From a virus (taxonomy: Duplodnaviria > Heunggongvirae > Uroviricota > Caudoviricetes), in IMG/VR virus record IMGVR_UViG_3300029068_000011, positions 1-14,903 of that record: a stretch of DNA of 14,903 nt. One strand, written 5' to 3'. Both the position numbers and the translations under genes were made by a program. Below are positions 1-7,953 of this stretch, in pieces. Numbering within the stretch: position 1 is the stretch's first letter; the number at the start of each line of letters is the position of its first letter. The notes under the pieces are model-generated. The model saw only the letters and a program-made list of their open reading frames with translations, did no database searches and had not been told where the DNA came from.

Positions 1-66
1 TGCCAGAAAGCGTGCGTATTGCCTGAAAATCCAGCCAGCTACAGGGTCGTTCGCACGAAATCTTAT

Positions 67-828
67 TTATTCAACAAAGCCAATTCCCTTCTCGAAATCC
101 ACATCCTCCCACGCCAGAGCTGCCAGTTCCCCGTGACGAAGCCCGGAGTAAACGGCAAATTTCCACAAGTTTTGGCTCTGTCCTTTTTCACTTTCCATTA
201 ATGCATTGAATTCTGTTTTAGATAACGGGTCAGGCTTTATTCTGTTTCGCTGTAATTTTTTTACTCCTTCAAATGGTTTGGTTGATATAAATCCCGACTG
301 ATACGCAAAACGTAACAGCGAACAGAGCAGGGCGATATAGTTATCAACTGTGCGCACGGTTCTTCCTTTTTTGTTGGATCTTGGATTATCCAGGTAAAGC
401 GTTTCTCCATGCAGCAGTTCATTCCGGTAGTTTAAGATATCGCTATAACGAATATATGATATCGGGGTACTTTCACAAATTATTATTCTGAGTGTTTTTA
501 ATTGTGATTTCGTTTTCTTCATTGTGTTTGTTGTTAACTCTGTCTCTTTAATTTTTGTCCAGATATCACAAAGCTCCCCGAACGTTTTTATGACTCTCGT
601 TGTCACCATTTTTGCCCCAGTGCTGGACTGGGGAAAACGTCTTAAATACTCAAATTCACCGGAGTTTATTTCATGAACTATCAGCGCTCTTAAATTTCCG
701 GCTTTTTTAATATTACTGTTTGTAATCTCCCAGCCTTTTAATGTTTCCCGACATCGTTTTCCTCGAAACATGAACCAGATGCGAATGTTTCTACCTCTAA
801 TCTCGACACCTGTTGGTAATTTAGACAT
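67..828 (-). CDS. intR: Phage tyrosine integrase, C-terminally truncated (253 aa; ends shortly after an LRHGELAALAWEDVD motif, so most of the catalytic domain is absent)
   Basis: ATG at 828 (minus), stop TAA at 67-69. The translation matches my memory of the Rac IntR N-terminus. Lambda-family integrases are about 350-410 aa; none of the three minus-strand frames across positions 1-66 continues an integrase-like sequence. Confidence 0.7.
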   Translation of the reverse strand: MSKLPTGVEIRGRNIRIWFMFRGKRCRETLKGWEITNSNIKKAGNLRALIVHEINSGEFEYLRRFPQSSTGAKMVTTRVIKTFGELCDIWTKIKETELTTNTMKKTKSQLKTLRIIICESTPISYIRYSDILNYRNELLHGETLYLDNPRSNKKGRTVRTVDNYIALLCSLLRFAYQSGFISTKPFEGVKKLQRNRIKPDPLSKTEFNALMESEKGQSQNLWKFAVYSGLRHGELAALAWEDVDFEKGIGFVE

Positions 829-829
829 A

Positions 830-1045
830 TCATGAGTCTTTGATAAACTGATTTATCTTTGGATAGTTGTACCAGATAATCCCTCGTTTGCTGTCTGGCT
901 TACCTAAAGGAGATACTCGTTTGAAGTGGAAGCCCTCCACCCAACAGTTCTGGCGGTATGCTTCAATTTGTCTGGCCCCCAGACCAGTGCGAAGCATCAG
1001 GCCGTATTCAACCATCCACTCTTCATTAAAGATTACTTGTGCCAT
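830..1045 (-). CDS. xisR: Excisionase-like protein (71 aa)
   Basis: ORF 830..1069; start placed at internal ATG 1045 ([10 protein letters not shown]...), preceded by an AGAGGTGA Shine-Dalgarno. Its stop TGA (830-832) lies 1 nt from the int ATG. Matches recalled YdaQ/XisR. Confidence 0.8.
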   Translation of the reverse strand: MAQVIFNEEWMVEYGLMLRTGLGARQIEAYRQNCWVEGFHFKRVSPLGKPDSKRGIIWYNYPKINQFIKDS

Positions 1046-1096
1046 CGCATCACCTCTGGCAGGCGCCAATGTTAGACTGAAATTGACGCCTGATGT

Positions 1097-1112
1097 TGAT
1101 TATTAATAATCA
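1097..1112. repeat. 16-bp perfect palindrome tgattattaataatca in the ydaC-xisR intergenic region
   Basis: Seen directly, about 50 bp upstream of the xisR start codon. Confidence 0.5.
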
Positions 1113-1144
1113 GCTATGAAGTTTTAATTTGAATACAATGCAAT

Positions 1145-1333
1145 TCACGAGGACTGAAGTTTCTCGCAATTAAAATTTATCAGTTTTACTTTCTGCTCTC
1201 TGGAAACGCCTGCTTCTTTTTTACCTGAGAGCATTTTTTCGCATTCTGATTTCGTTAGTTTAGATTTTGAATATCTTGTCCAGTTAGTAGGAGTGCCACC
1301 TTCCTTTTCAATTGTAGCGGTAATTTTATACAT
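1145..1333 (-). CDS. ydaC: Small Rac prophage protein of unknown function
   Basis: ORF 1145..1405. Preferred start is ATG 1333 (MYKITATIEKEGG...) because it has a GGAGG Shine-Dalgarno 5 nt upstream; alternative starts at 1345 and 1405 lack one. Overlaps the ralR stop by 8 nt. Confidence 0.6.
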   Translation of the reverse strand: MYKITATIEKEGGTPTNWTRYSKSKLTKSECEKMLSGKKEAGVSREQKVKLINFNCEKLQSS

Positions 1334-1532
1334 GAACGCCTCCATTAATATTTTCAGTGGTTCGTTTATTCCATCTTTCGAGCGCTTCTTTTTCACTTCC
1401 ACCATAGCCAGTTCGGGATTCGCATCCGTTGCATTTTGCCCGGTAATATCCTGAAATGTCTTTCACCGTTACTGATGGACAACCACAAAACGGACATGGT
1501 TTAACATCGTCATATCTCAAAGTTTTTGTCAT
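1326..1532 (-). CDS. ralR: Restriction alleviation protein Lar/RalR (68 aa, Cys-rich; reported DNase toxin of a type I toxin-antitoxin pair)
   Basis: ORF 1326..1559; start at ATG 1532 (MTKTLRYDDVKPCPFCGC...), which matches recalled RalR. Contains CPFCGC and CNGC motifs. Confidence 0.85.
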   Translation of the reverse strand: MTKTLRYDDVKPCPFCGCPSVTVKDISGYYRAKCNGCESRTGYGGSEKEALERWNKRTTENINGGVHV

Positions 1533-1576
1533 AAAAACTATCTCACGTTGGCGGTGCATTACACCGCCAGGCTGGA

Positions 1577-2410
1577 TTATTCTTCTGGATTATCGATTAC
1601 ACTGTATTCCCCGGCTATAACCGATATGTCGTCTGGATTAATTGTTTCCACCTCTTTTCCATCCATCGATACTGCACGCTGGATTTCAATAGATACCGGC
1701 AGATACTTGAACAGTTTTCGTATCACTGTCTTTTTGGCCATGTCTTCAAAGTGTTCATCCCAGATGGACGACGCCCCTTTTGACGCTGCGTTTTTTGCCG
1801 CCTTGCTGTGTGTGTCGCGAACTTTTTCTACTTGTTTGCGGGTCATGACTTCAAACTGCACTCCTCCGTCTTTCAGTTTTGCAACAGCATAGACATGGGT
1901 TATAGGGGCATCTTCGTTTTCACCGGGACGATGAACCAGTTTTTCATCAAGGCCAAGTTCATAGCTGAATTCATCACATTCACGGACAACACGAGCTGAC
2001 AGACTGATGATTTGACCTGATCGACGGGCAAGGTCGATCATGCCGCGATAACCGATGATCAGCTGTACGTTCTTCTTACCGTTTTTTGCTTTTCCGTTGC
2101 CGAACGGTAGCAGATATGCATGACCGAGGGCGCTACCTGGCTCAAGTCCGAGCTGTGAACACTGTACGATGGCACCGATAAAACTCGTCGAGTCACAGTT
2201 TCTTAGTTCCGGTACTTTACGGATTTCTGTTGTAGCAATGCGGATCATGCGTTCCGCTGTCATGTGACGTGGCAGAGCTGCTGCCAGTTGCGCTTTCATT
2301 GCCGGGCTGTTAATCACGCACAGCACATCCTTATCGTTAACTGCTGCTGGTGCACGGTTTCCCTGAGTTTTTTGCAGATCGGCTTTTGCGATAGGTGGTT
2401 GCTTAGTCAT
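1577..2410 (-). CDS. recT: RecT single-strand annealing recombinase
   Basis: ORF 1577..2467; start at ATG 2410 ([24 protein letters not shown]...) with an AAGGAG Shine-Dalgarno 7 nt upstream. Overlaps the recE 3' end, as in the recET operon. Confidence 0.9.
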   Translation of the reverse strand: MTKQPPIAKADLQKTQGNRAPAAVNDKDVLCVINSPAMKAQLAAALPRHMTAERMIRIATTEIRKVPELRNCDSTSFIGAIVQCSQLGLEPGSALGHAYLLPFGNGKAKNGKKNVQLIIGYRGMIDLARRSGQIISLSARVVRECDEFSYELGLDEKLVHRPGENEDAPITHVYAVAKLKDGGVQFEVMTRKQVEKVRDTHSKAAKNAASKGASSIWDEHFEDMAKKTVIRKLFKYLPVSIEIQRAVSMDGKEVETINPDDISVIAGEYSVIDNPEE

Positions 2411-5003
2411 TTGCATACTCCTTAGCCCAGCGGGGCAGTGATAACGTCTTAATAGCTGGCCATTCATCGGTATTTAGGCAGTCAGCCAGGGTCCGCAGAT
2501 TGCGGTGATATTCCTGCTGGCCTGCCAGTTTTGCTTCTTCGCCCATCATGAAAATCTCAACCGGATAACGTCCGCATTCAACAGTTGTGCTGGCAACCAG
2601 AAAAACGAAAGTTGGCTGCACACCAAACTGTGCTTCATAACCGTCACTGTAGAATGCATCCTGAACGTGATAGCGGTAGTCGTAATAAGACGTTTTGAAT
2701 CGTTGAATATCCGCTGTGGTTTTCACGTCCATGATCCAGTGAAATTCAGGAATAATTTTGTCCGGACGGCACCGACACAAAATTCCTGTTTCCGGATCTT
2801 CCCAGTAAATTGATGATTCAGCGTGTCCGGCGCTTTCAACAAGTCATTGCCCCAGCGGCAAAGCCATAACGCTTTGATACATGAGTTCAATTTTCCGGCC
2901 TTCTTCCGCAGTGATAACCGTTTTTCCTGTGCTTGCGCATTCCATCAGAAACGCTTTCTCTTCTTCTTTTCCGGCGTTTGTACGGCGGTTAAATTCAGGT
3001 GCTACGATAAAGCGGTTACTAAATTCTTCCGGTTCAAGTACCCGGCAGTGGAAAGCGGTTCCTAAATCGAGCGTTTTTGTCTTTGTAGTGTCCACGGGGG
3101 CATTTTTACGCCACAAATACAGTGCCGGAGTATCAGCAATGTCATCGAGCTGAGACTTACTGACACCGGGACCCGCGTGGTAATTCTCATTCGAAATTCC
3201 GTAATAAATACCGGGCTCTATGTCTTCTACGATTACGGGATCTGCGACTTCGCCAGTTTCATCACTGCAATCGCGATGCGGATCGCTGCCAGCATTCTCA
3301 TTGTGCGGATGTTCAGCGCCTTCCATTTCCTCCGGATCTTTTTCCTTAGCTTCAACCTGATTCTCTTCACCGAATGTTTCCTGGTATGTTGCGTCGCCCA
3401 TCACCGCACCACAGTCAGGGCAGTTATCCCCGCCAGTCTGACCGCAGGCATTGCAGACTATTTCCTGTTCCTGTTGCACTACTGGCTCAGGTTGTTTCGC
3501 ATCCGGGCTGATTATTTCCGTTTCTGGCTGGTTCTGGTACACAGAATCGCGAGTCTGGATCCCCTTTACCCATTTCGGATCGTTCGGGTCGCTAATTCCG
3601 TCAACAAATTCACCACGTGATGCAGCAAGCAATTTATCGGCATCGACAGGATCTTTTGATGGAATGTTTTTTCGGGCTTCATGGAGTTCTGCCCGCAGTT
3701 TCTGATATTTCGCATCAACAGAATTTACCTGTGACTGAGCATCCAGCGGCTGCGTGTCCTGATGATGTTCAGTTGCGTCCGGTTCCATTGTTTCAGCCTC
3801 TCCCTGTTCAACTGCCGTTGTTCCAGATGGTTGCGGTTTTTCTTCATCATCCTGTTTTCCTTCTTCTGTTACTCGCTGCGGCATCGGGGCAGAGGAGCGA
3901 CCGCAGGCAATATCCACGATTTCCGGATCAGGGTTGGCATGATCGGTTTCAGTCAGTACTTTGTTCAGATATTCAGTGACGTGCGCGGGGATGACCTCGA
4001 TCCCAATTGGTGCTTCTTTTACGGACGCAACCACGATGGCGCGGGAATAATCCAGCCCGCCAGGCATGGTGATGAATTTGTCGCGGAAAACAGAAAAGGG
4101 CGGTTTATTTTCAGCGATAATTTCCTCAATGCGTTTAGCGTGTGCCGGATGAAGGTTATAGATGTCCAGATCCATTGAACGGGCCAGTACGCCAGTGGCT
4201 ACGTCGCGCGCCAGTGACGTCAGATCGTGTACGAAACCTTCGCCGCGATCGGTGAGGTTTCCGCCGCCAGCATTAGCACCGGAAGCCGTGCGAGTGATGT
4301 GTGAAACACGATTACCCTTCATCCACTCTTTTGTCAGCAGTCCTCGATCGGTGTAGTCAGCGTTCAGGTATGCTTCGAAAAAAGCAGTTATCAGTCCCAG
4401 GTTTGAATTACCAGGATTAGGGAAAACTTTGTCAGTGTCACGAACCAGTTTGTGGAGTTCGCGAATTTCCAGCGGGTCGAGCAGGCTGGTTTTGTGGGAA
4501 ACAGCCAGGGCAGTAACAGCCGGTAGTTCTTCAGCCCGAGCAATGTGTAATGCCTGGAGTCCGTCGCGTGAAACGTGCGTTACCGGTTTTTCGCTGCCGT
4601 GTTGAGCAAGCCAACGAATGGGCAGTTCCTGGCCAGAAATTGGGAGTAGCATATTCTCCTCAATCTCAGTCATGTCTTCGCCGTTGACGTTGGTATTGCC
4701 TTGATAGTGAGCGTTGTCTGGTGCTGCTCCCGGTTTTAGTTCCCATGTCATGGAGTCTTTGCTGAGTTGATAGCGTTCACTCCAGGTAAAATCGATCTCA
4801 CCTTCAGCGGGCAGGTCATTAACGACAGGAAAATTCGTGGCAACAGCTTTAAAATAGCTGCTCAGTTTTTTACCTGACTTAACGATCAGGTAGTCCAGAG
4901 TGGCACAGGTCGATTCAAAATCGTTGCTTGCCCACAGGACGACGTCAGGTTCACCGGATGATTTTTTCGCTTTCCGTAACAGGAAGAGTGGTTTTGTGCT
5001 CAT
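2403..5003 (-). pseudogene. recE: recE exonuclease VIII reading frame interrupted by one in-frame TGA at 2844-2846 (codon 720 of an otherwise continuous 866-codon frame)
   Basis: ORFs 2844..5003 (719 aa) and 2403..2780 (125 aa) are in the same frame, separated by 21 sense codons ([21 protein letters not shown]) and a single TGA. 719+1+21+125 = 866, the length I recall for intact RecE. GAGG Shine-Dalgarno upstream of ATG 5003. Confidence 0.85.
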
Positions 5004-5074
5004 TGTTTTTTAACCTCAACTCAGATTAAAATTCGTTTTGTTCAGTGAATGATCTTGCCGGATACACACTGTTC

Positions 5075-5099
5075 ATAGCCTGCGCCATACGCAGGCTAT
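5075..5099. other. Perfect 10-bp-stem hairpin (atagcctgcg / ccata / cgcaggctat) between racC and recE
   Basis: Read directly from the sequence. It is followed on the plus strand by TTCTTTC; on the minus (coding) strand no U-tract follows. Confidence 0.4.
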
Positions 5100-5104
5100 T
5101 TCTT

Positions 5105-5380
5105 TCAGATTTCACCTTTTAATTTCATTGCAATTAGAGTTGCCAGAAATTCGGCTTTTTTTTCTGCGGGCAGATTCTTTCCGATATGCACCAGGCACAT
5201 TTTTTTGACACCTTCATCAAGTGTTTTTACGTTGCCTGATGGACCATCGATATCAACCACAGTGAATGGGGTTTCTTTATTTTCTGTTTTAATTACGTAG
5301 CCAATGCGCTTTCCTTCCAGATTCACCTCGTGAACAATGTCATCGGTAGTTACAACAGTGGCTTTATAATTGGTAATCAT
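5105..5380 (-). CDS. racC: RacC (91 aa, unknown function)
   Basis: ORF 5105..5428; start at ATG 5380 (MITNYKATVVTTDD...) with a GGAG Shine-Dalgarno (ttaaggagaaaaac upstream). Confidence 0.8.
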   Translation of the reverse strand: MITNYKATVVTTDDIVHEVNLEGKRIGYVIKTENKETPFTVVDIDGPSGNVKTLDEGVKKMCLVHIGKNLPAEKKAEFLATLIAMKLKGEI

Positions 5381-5454
5381 GTTTTTCTCCTTAATTAAGG
5401 TTGAGCGAATACCTGCCATTTCTGGCATAAATTCAGTTTCGAATAGTCAATTAA

Positions 5455-5625
5455 TTAAAGTTCATGTGCCATCTGGTCTTTTTCGGCACAAGCTTCACTG
5501 CAATATTTTCTCGGTTCGTCTTTTGATAAAATCCCGTGCATGAAGTGAAGCATTCTTTCAATAGCTTTGCTTTCTTCAACGTCTTTTTTGCAAAGGTGGT
5601 AAGCACATTTTATTTTCTTAGTCAT
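5455..5625 (-). CDS. ydaE: Small Cys/His-rich putative zinc-binding protein (56 aa)
   Basis: Not in the supplied ORF track (under 60 aa). My translation: [56 protein letters not shown]. Its ATG overlaps the kilR stop (ATGA); GGAG Shine-Dalgarno upstream. Confidence 0.7.
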   Translation of the reverse strand: MTKKIKCAYHLCKKDVEESKAIERMLHFMHGILSKDEPRKYCSEACAEKDQMAHEL

Positions 5626-5846
5626 CACCATGACTCCGCCTTTACAGGTAAACCATCACGACCGAGGAAGGCTTTAATCATGCGGTCAGTAATGCATGTT
5701 TTTGTGGTCAGGTTACGAATATATAGTTTTCGCTTTTTAATATTGTTTGCCGAGGCAATATATGTCCGGCCTTCATGAAGAACATAATCGCCAGGAGTCA
5801 CACACTGACGTGGTATTTCATCAGTTCCGAAGTGATGTGCAATCAT
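5625..5846 (-). CDS. kilR: KilR cell-division inhibitor (73 aa)
   Basis: ORF 5625..5858; start at ATG 5846 ([14 protein letters not shown]...) with a GGAGA Shine-Dalgarno 5-6 nt upstream; the ATG at 5858 has none. Confidence 0.85.
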   Translation of the reverse strand: MIAHHFGTDEIPRQCVTPGDYVLHEGRTYIASANNIKKRKLYIRNLTTKTCITDRMIKAFLGRDGLPVKAESW

Positions 5847-6020
5847 AATTATCTCCATTTTTACAAATGAACTTTGTTGATGCGGTGCCTGGTGCCTCCA
5901 GGTGACTGCAACCAGTTAACAATTACAGTCGGCTTTCCCACCCAAACCAATAAGGACTAACATGACTTTTAACTGTGCCACGTGCGCTTAGCCGCATTCA
6001 CCGCATCACAAAATTCACTT

Positions 6021-6069
6021 TAAAAAGGGCGGACATCAGCCGAACTTCAAGAAAAAAACTGATGCCGCC
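6021..6069 (-). terminator. Candidate intrinsic terminator for leftward transcription upstream of kilR-ydaE-racC-recET (tL-like)
   Basis: On the minus strand: GGCGGCAUCAG, a 19-nt loop, CUGAUGUCCGCC (11 bp with one bulge, GC-rich base), immediately followed by CUUUUUAAAG. The long loop lowers confidence. Confidence 0.35.
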
Positions 6070-6287
6070 AGGACTACACACAGCAATGTCGTTATTTACA
6101 ACCGGAGGCGCACTCCCACCATTTAAATTTAACAGACAAGACCGACTCTTTATGGATATCGGAAATGCGCCTTCGTGTTGTGCCCGGTTTTATTTCACCA
6201 CCTCCGGGCTTCGGTGGTCTCGGCTATACCCCTACAGCGAGAGCTTGTGTTAACATTTCAATACCCTTACAGTTGAGAGTTATTGAT

Positions 6288-6776
6288 ATGTTGGATGTAT
6301 TTACTCCATTGTTGAAACTTTTTGCTAACGAGCCACTCGAAAGACTTATGTATACGATTATCATTTTTGGTCTCACTCTCTGGCTGATACCGAAAGAGTT
6401 TACTGTCGCATTCAATGCTTATACTGAAATACCTTGGCTCTTTCAGATTATCGTTTTTGCCTTTTCTTTCGTGGTCGCCATTTCCTTCTCAAGATTGCGA
6501 GCACATATTCAAAAGCATTATTCATTACTACCAGAGCAACGAGTATTGCTTCGTTTATCTGAGAAAGAAATCGCTGTATTTAAAGATTTCCTTAAAACAG
6601 GAAATCTTATTATCACTTCTCCTTGCCGTAACCCGGTTATGAAAAAATTAGAACGGAAGGGCATCATTCAACATCAGAGTGATAGCGCAAACTGTTCTTA
6701 TTATCTCGTCACCGAAAAATACTCCCATTTTATGAAGTTATTCTGGAACAGCAGGAGTAGACGTTTTAATCGTTAG
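6288..6776 (+). CDS. sieB: Superinfection exclusion protein B (162 aa, membrane protein)
   Basis: ORF 6165..6776; start at ATG 6288 (MLDVFTPLLKLF...) with a GAGAG Shine-Dalgarno about 8 nt upstream. Hydrophobic N-terminal half. Matches recalled SieB. Confidence 0.85.
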   Translation: MLDVFTPLLKLFANEPLERLMYTIIIFGLTLWLIPKEFTVAFNAYTEIPWLFQIIVFAFSFVVAISFSRLRAHIQKHYSLLPEQRVLLRLSEKEIAVFKDFLKTGNLIITSPCRNPVMKKLERKGIIQHQSDSANCSYYLVTEKYSHFMKLFWNSRSRRFNR

Positions 6777-6928
6777 CTTACTGTGTGCTTCTCCAACCAT
6801 CGGCGCGCACCAGTTTCGGTTTTAAATGTTTTGCTTTTGGTATACGTCATGGCAGTGAACGTTCCATCCTGGTTGGGGAACACGCCGCACACCAGGGATT
6901 CGTTGTTGCCGAGGTCGATTTTTTGCAT
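6773..6928 (-). CDS. ydaF: Small Rac prophage protein (51 aa)
   Basis: My translation from ATG 6928: MQKIDLGNNESLVCGVFPNQDGTFTAMTYTKSKTFKTETGARRWLEKHTVS. Its stop (6773-6775) overlaps the sieB stop (6774-6776) on the opposite strand. Confidence 0.65.
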   Translation of the reverse strand: MQKIDLGNNESLVCGVFPNQDGTFTAMTYTKSKTFKTETGARRWLEKHTVS

Positions 6929-6938
6929 TTTGCGAATC

Positions 6939-7073
6939 TCACATCTTGTTGCTACGTATAGCGACTTCTGCCTGCCAGAGATCCCAGTCGTTGCTGCGTA
7001 AAGCCTGCACAGCCTGGTTGTAAGTGATACCGCAACAATCCATCAAATACTGAACTACTTCGTAATGCACCAT
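6939..7073 (-). CDS. ydaG: Small Rac prophage protein (44 aa)
   Basis: My translation from ATG 7073: MVHYEVVQYLMDCCGITYNQAVQALRSNDWDLWQAEVAIRSNKM. AAGGGGA Shine-Dalgarno 8 nt upstream. Confidence 0.65.
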   Translation of the reverse strand: MVHYEVVQYLMDCCGITYNQAVQALRSNDWDLWQAEVAIRSNKM

Positions 7074-7242
7074 CTTATCTATCCCCTTAACGCCGGGTGG
7101 CGGAACTAACTGCTGCACTGCAAAATTTGAATCCCGCCGTCATGTTCATACGCCTCGGGCTGGCTACTTAACCCCTGACCACTGCCTGGTAACTCGAAGT
7201 ATTGCCTGGCGTTCTGTGGGGCGGGGTGGGTGGTATGCTGGA

Positions 7243-7271
7243 ACTATAGGTAATGCCTAATTGATTGTCAA
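7243..7271 (-). promoter_or_regulatory. Leftward sigma70 promoter (pL-like): -35 TTGACA (7266-7271), 17-nt spacer, -10 TATAGT (7243-7248)
   Basis: Hexamers read directly on the minus strand. Operator-like GCCTAAT repeats overlap the spacer and abut the -35. Confidence 0.5.
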
Positions 7272-7308
7272 TAGGCTATGCCTAATGTTTTAAGCGTAAC
7301 CTAATAGG
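7246..7308. promoter_or_regulatory. Left operator cluster: ataggtaatgcctaat (7246-7261), ataggctatgcctaat (7271-7286), cctaatagg (7300-7308)
   Basis: Seen directly. The 16-mer at 7271-7286 is the exact reverse complement of attaggcatagcctat at 7911-7926 on the other side of racR. Confidence 0.5.
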
Positions 7309-7381
7309 TGATGGCGACTGGAGAAAGTGATGGGGGGGTTAAATAACGGAATCCAGGAGTTTTCCGTCAGACCATATAAGT

Positions 7382-7858
7382 TTAAGTTCCAGTTTTTGTG
7401 ATGTTCTGGCTTTTCCGTTCAGATTCTAGAGCTTTCAGATACTTACCCACTTTCATTTCCATCGCTGCTATGTAGGCGCGAACATCGTGGTCAACCCAAT
7501 CTGGTTCTGTAGCATTTCCAGATAACAGGAAAGCTACAATCGCTCTTATTTCATCAGAGGCTGCTTGATAAAGGTTGTTTATATCTAAAAGTTCACTTTT
7601 TGTATCTGGATTGGTGGGGGTTGGTATGGGGTATTCGTTAAGCCCCCAATGCTCTGGACCAACAACATCAGCAAAGAAACGCCATAATTCTGGAAGTTTA
7701 TCTTTACTTATGGAGCCTTTCTTAATCCAGTCATAGATTGATGGTGGTTGGACTTTGAAGTGGCGTGCGACCTCCGCCTTTGATTTGACGGATCCCGATG
7801 CGATTTTTTTGTTAATGGCCTGCTCTATCGCTCGGCCTAAGTCTTTACCACTAAGCAT
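7382..7858 (-). CDS. racR: Rac prophage repressor (cI-like, 158 aa)
   Basis: ORF 7382..7858 with an AGGAGA Shine-Dalgarno upstream; divergent from the cro-like ydaS. Matches recalled RacR. Confidence 0.9.
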   Translation of the reverse strand: MLSGKDLGRAIEQAINKKIASGSVKSKAEVARHFKVQPPSIYDWIKKGSISKDKLPELWRFFADVVGPEHWGLNEYPIPTPTNPDTKSELLDINNLYQAASDEIRAIVAFLLSGNATEPDWVDHDVRAYIAAMEMKVGKYLKALESERKSQNITKTGT

Positions 7859-7885
7859 TGCTTAATATTCTCCTATGCTCATTGC

Positions 7886-7953
7886 ATTAGGCAATCCCTA
7901 CTCTCATTGTATTAGGCATAGCCTATTGACATTTGTATTAGGCGTCGCCTAAT
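7886..7953. promoter_or_regulatory. Right operator cluster: attaggcaat (7886-7895), attaggcatagcctat (7911-7926), 17-bp perfect palindrome attaggcgtcgcctaat (7937-7953)
   Basis: Seen directly in the racR-ydaS divergent intergenic region. The sites overlap the -35, spacer and -10 of the rightward promoter. Confidence 0.55.

Noticed and set aside
19-201. 60-aa plus-strand ORF at the window start
   Set aside because: Lies antisense within the integrase coding region; no ribosome-binding site and no recognisable motif.
867-1106. 79-aa plus-strand ORF
   Set aside because: Antisense to xisR and the int start; the opposite-strand product is a recognisable excisionase.
1548-1999. Plus-strand ORFs 1548..1892 and 1808..1999
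   Set aside because: Antisense to recT, whose translation is clearly RecT-like.
2505-4356. Eight plus-strand ORFs (2505..2813, 2823..3065, 2881..3153, 3177..3620, 3451..3705, 3617..3979, 3762..4178, 4162..4356)
   Set aside because: All antisense within recE; low-complexity translations typical of shadow ORFs.
1326-5428. N-terminal extensions in the ORF track for ralR (to 1559), recT (to 2467) and racC (to 5428)
   Set aside because: Internal ATGs with Shine-Dalgarno sequences give products matching the expected family N-termini; the extensions lack ribosome-binding sites.
5536-5778. 80-aa plus-strand ORF
   Set aside because: Antisense to ydaE and kilR.
5975-6287. 92-aa plus ORF 5975..6253 and the 41-codon N-terminal extension of sieB (6165..6287)
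   Set aside because: No ribosome-binding site; the region contains the terminator-like hairpin; sieB has a proper start at 6288.
6224-6642. ORFs 6224..6415 (minus) and 6415..6642 (plus)
   Set aside because: Internal or alternate-frame to sieB.
6783-7001. 72-aa plus-strand ORF
   Set aside because: Overlaps ydaF and ydaG on the opposite strand; those small proteins have Shine-Dalgarno sequences and match recalled K-12 lengths of 51 and 44 aa.
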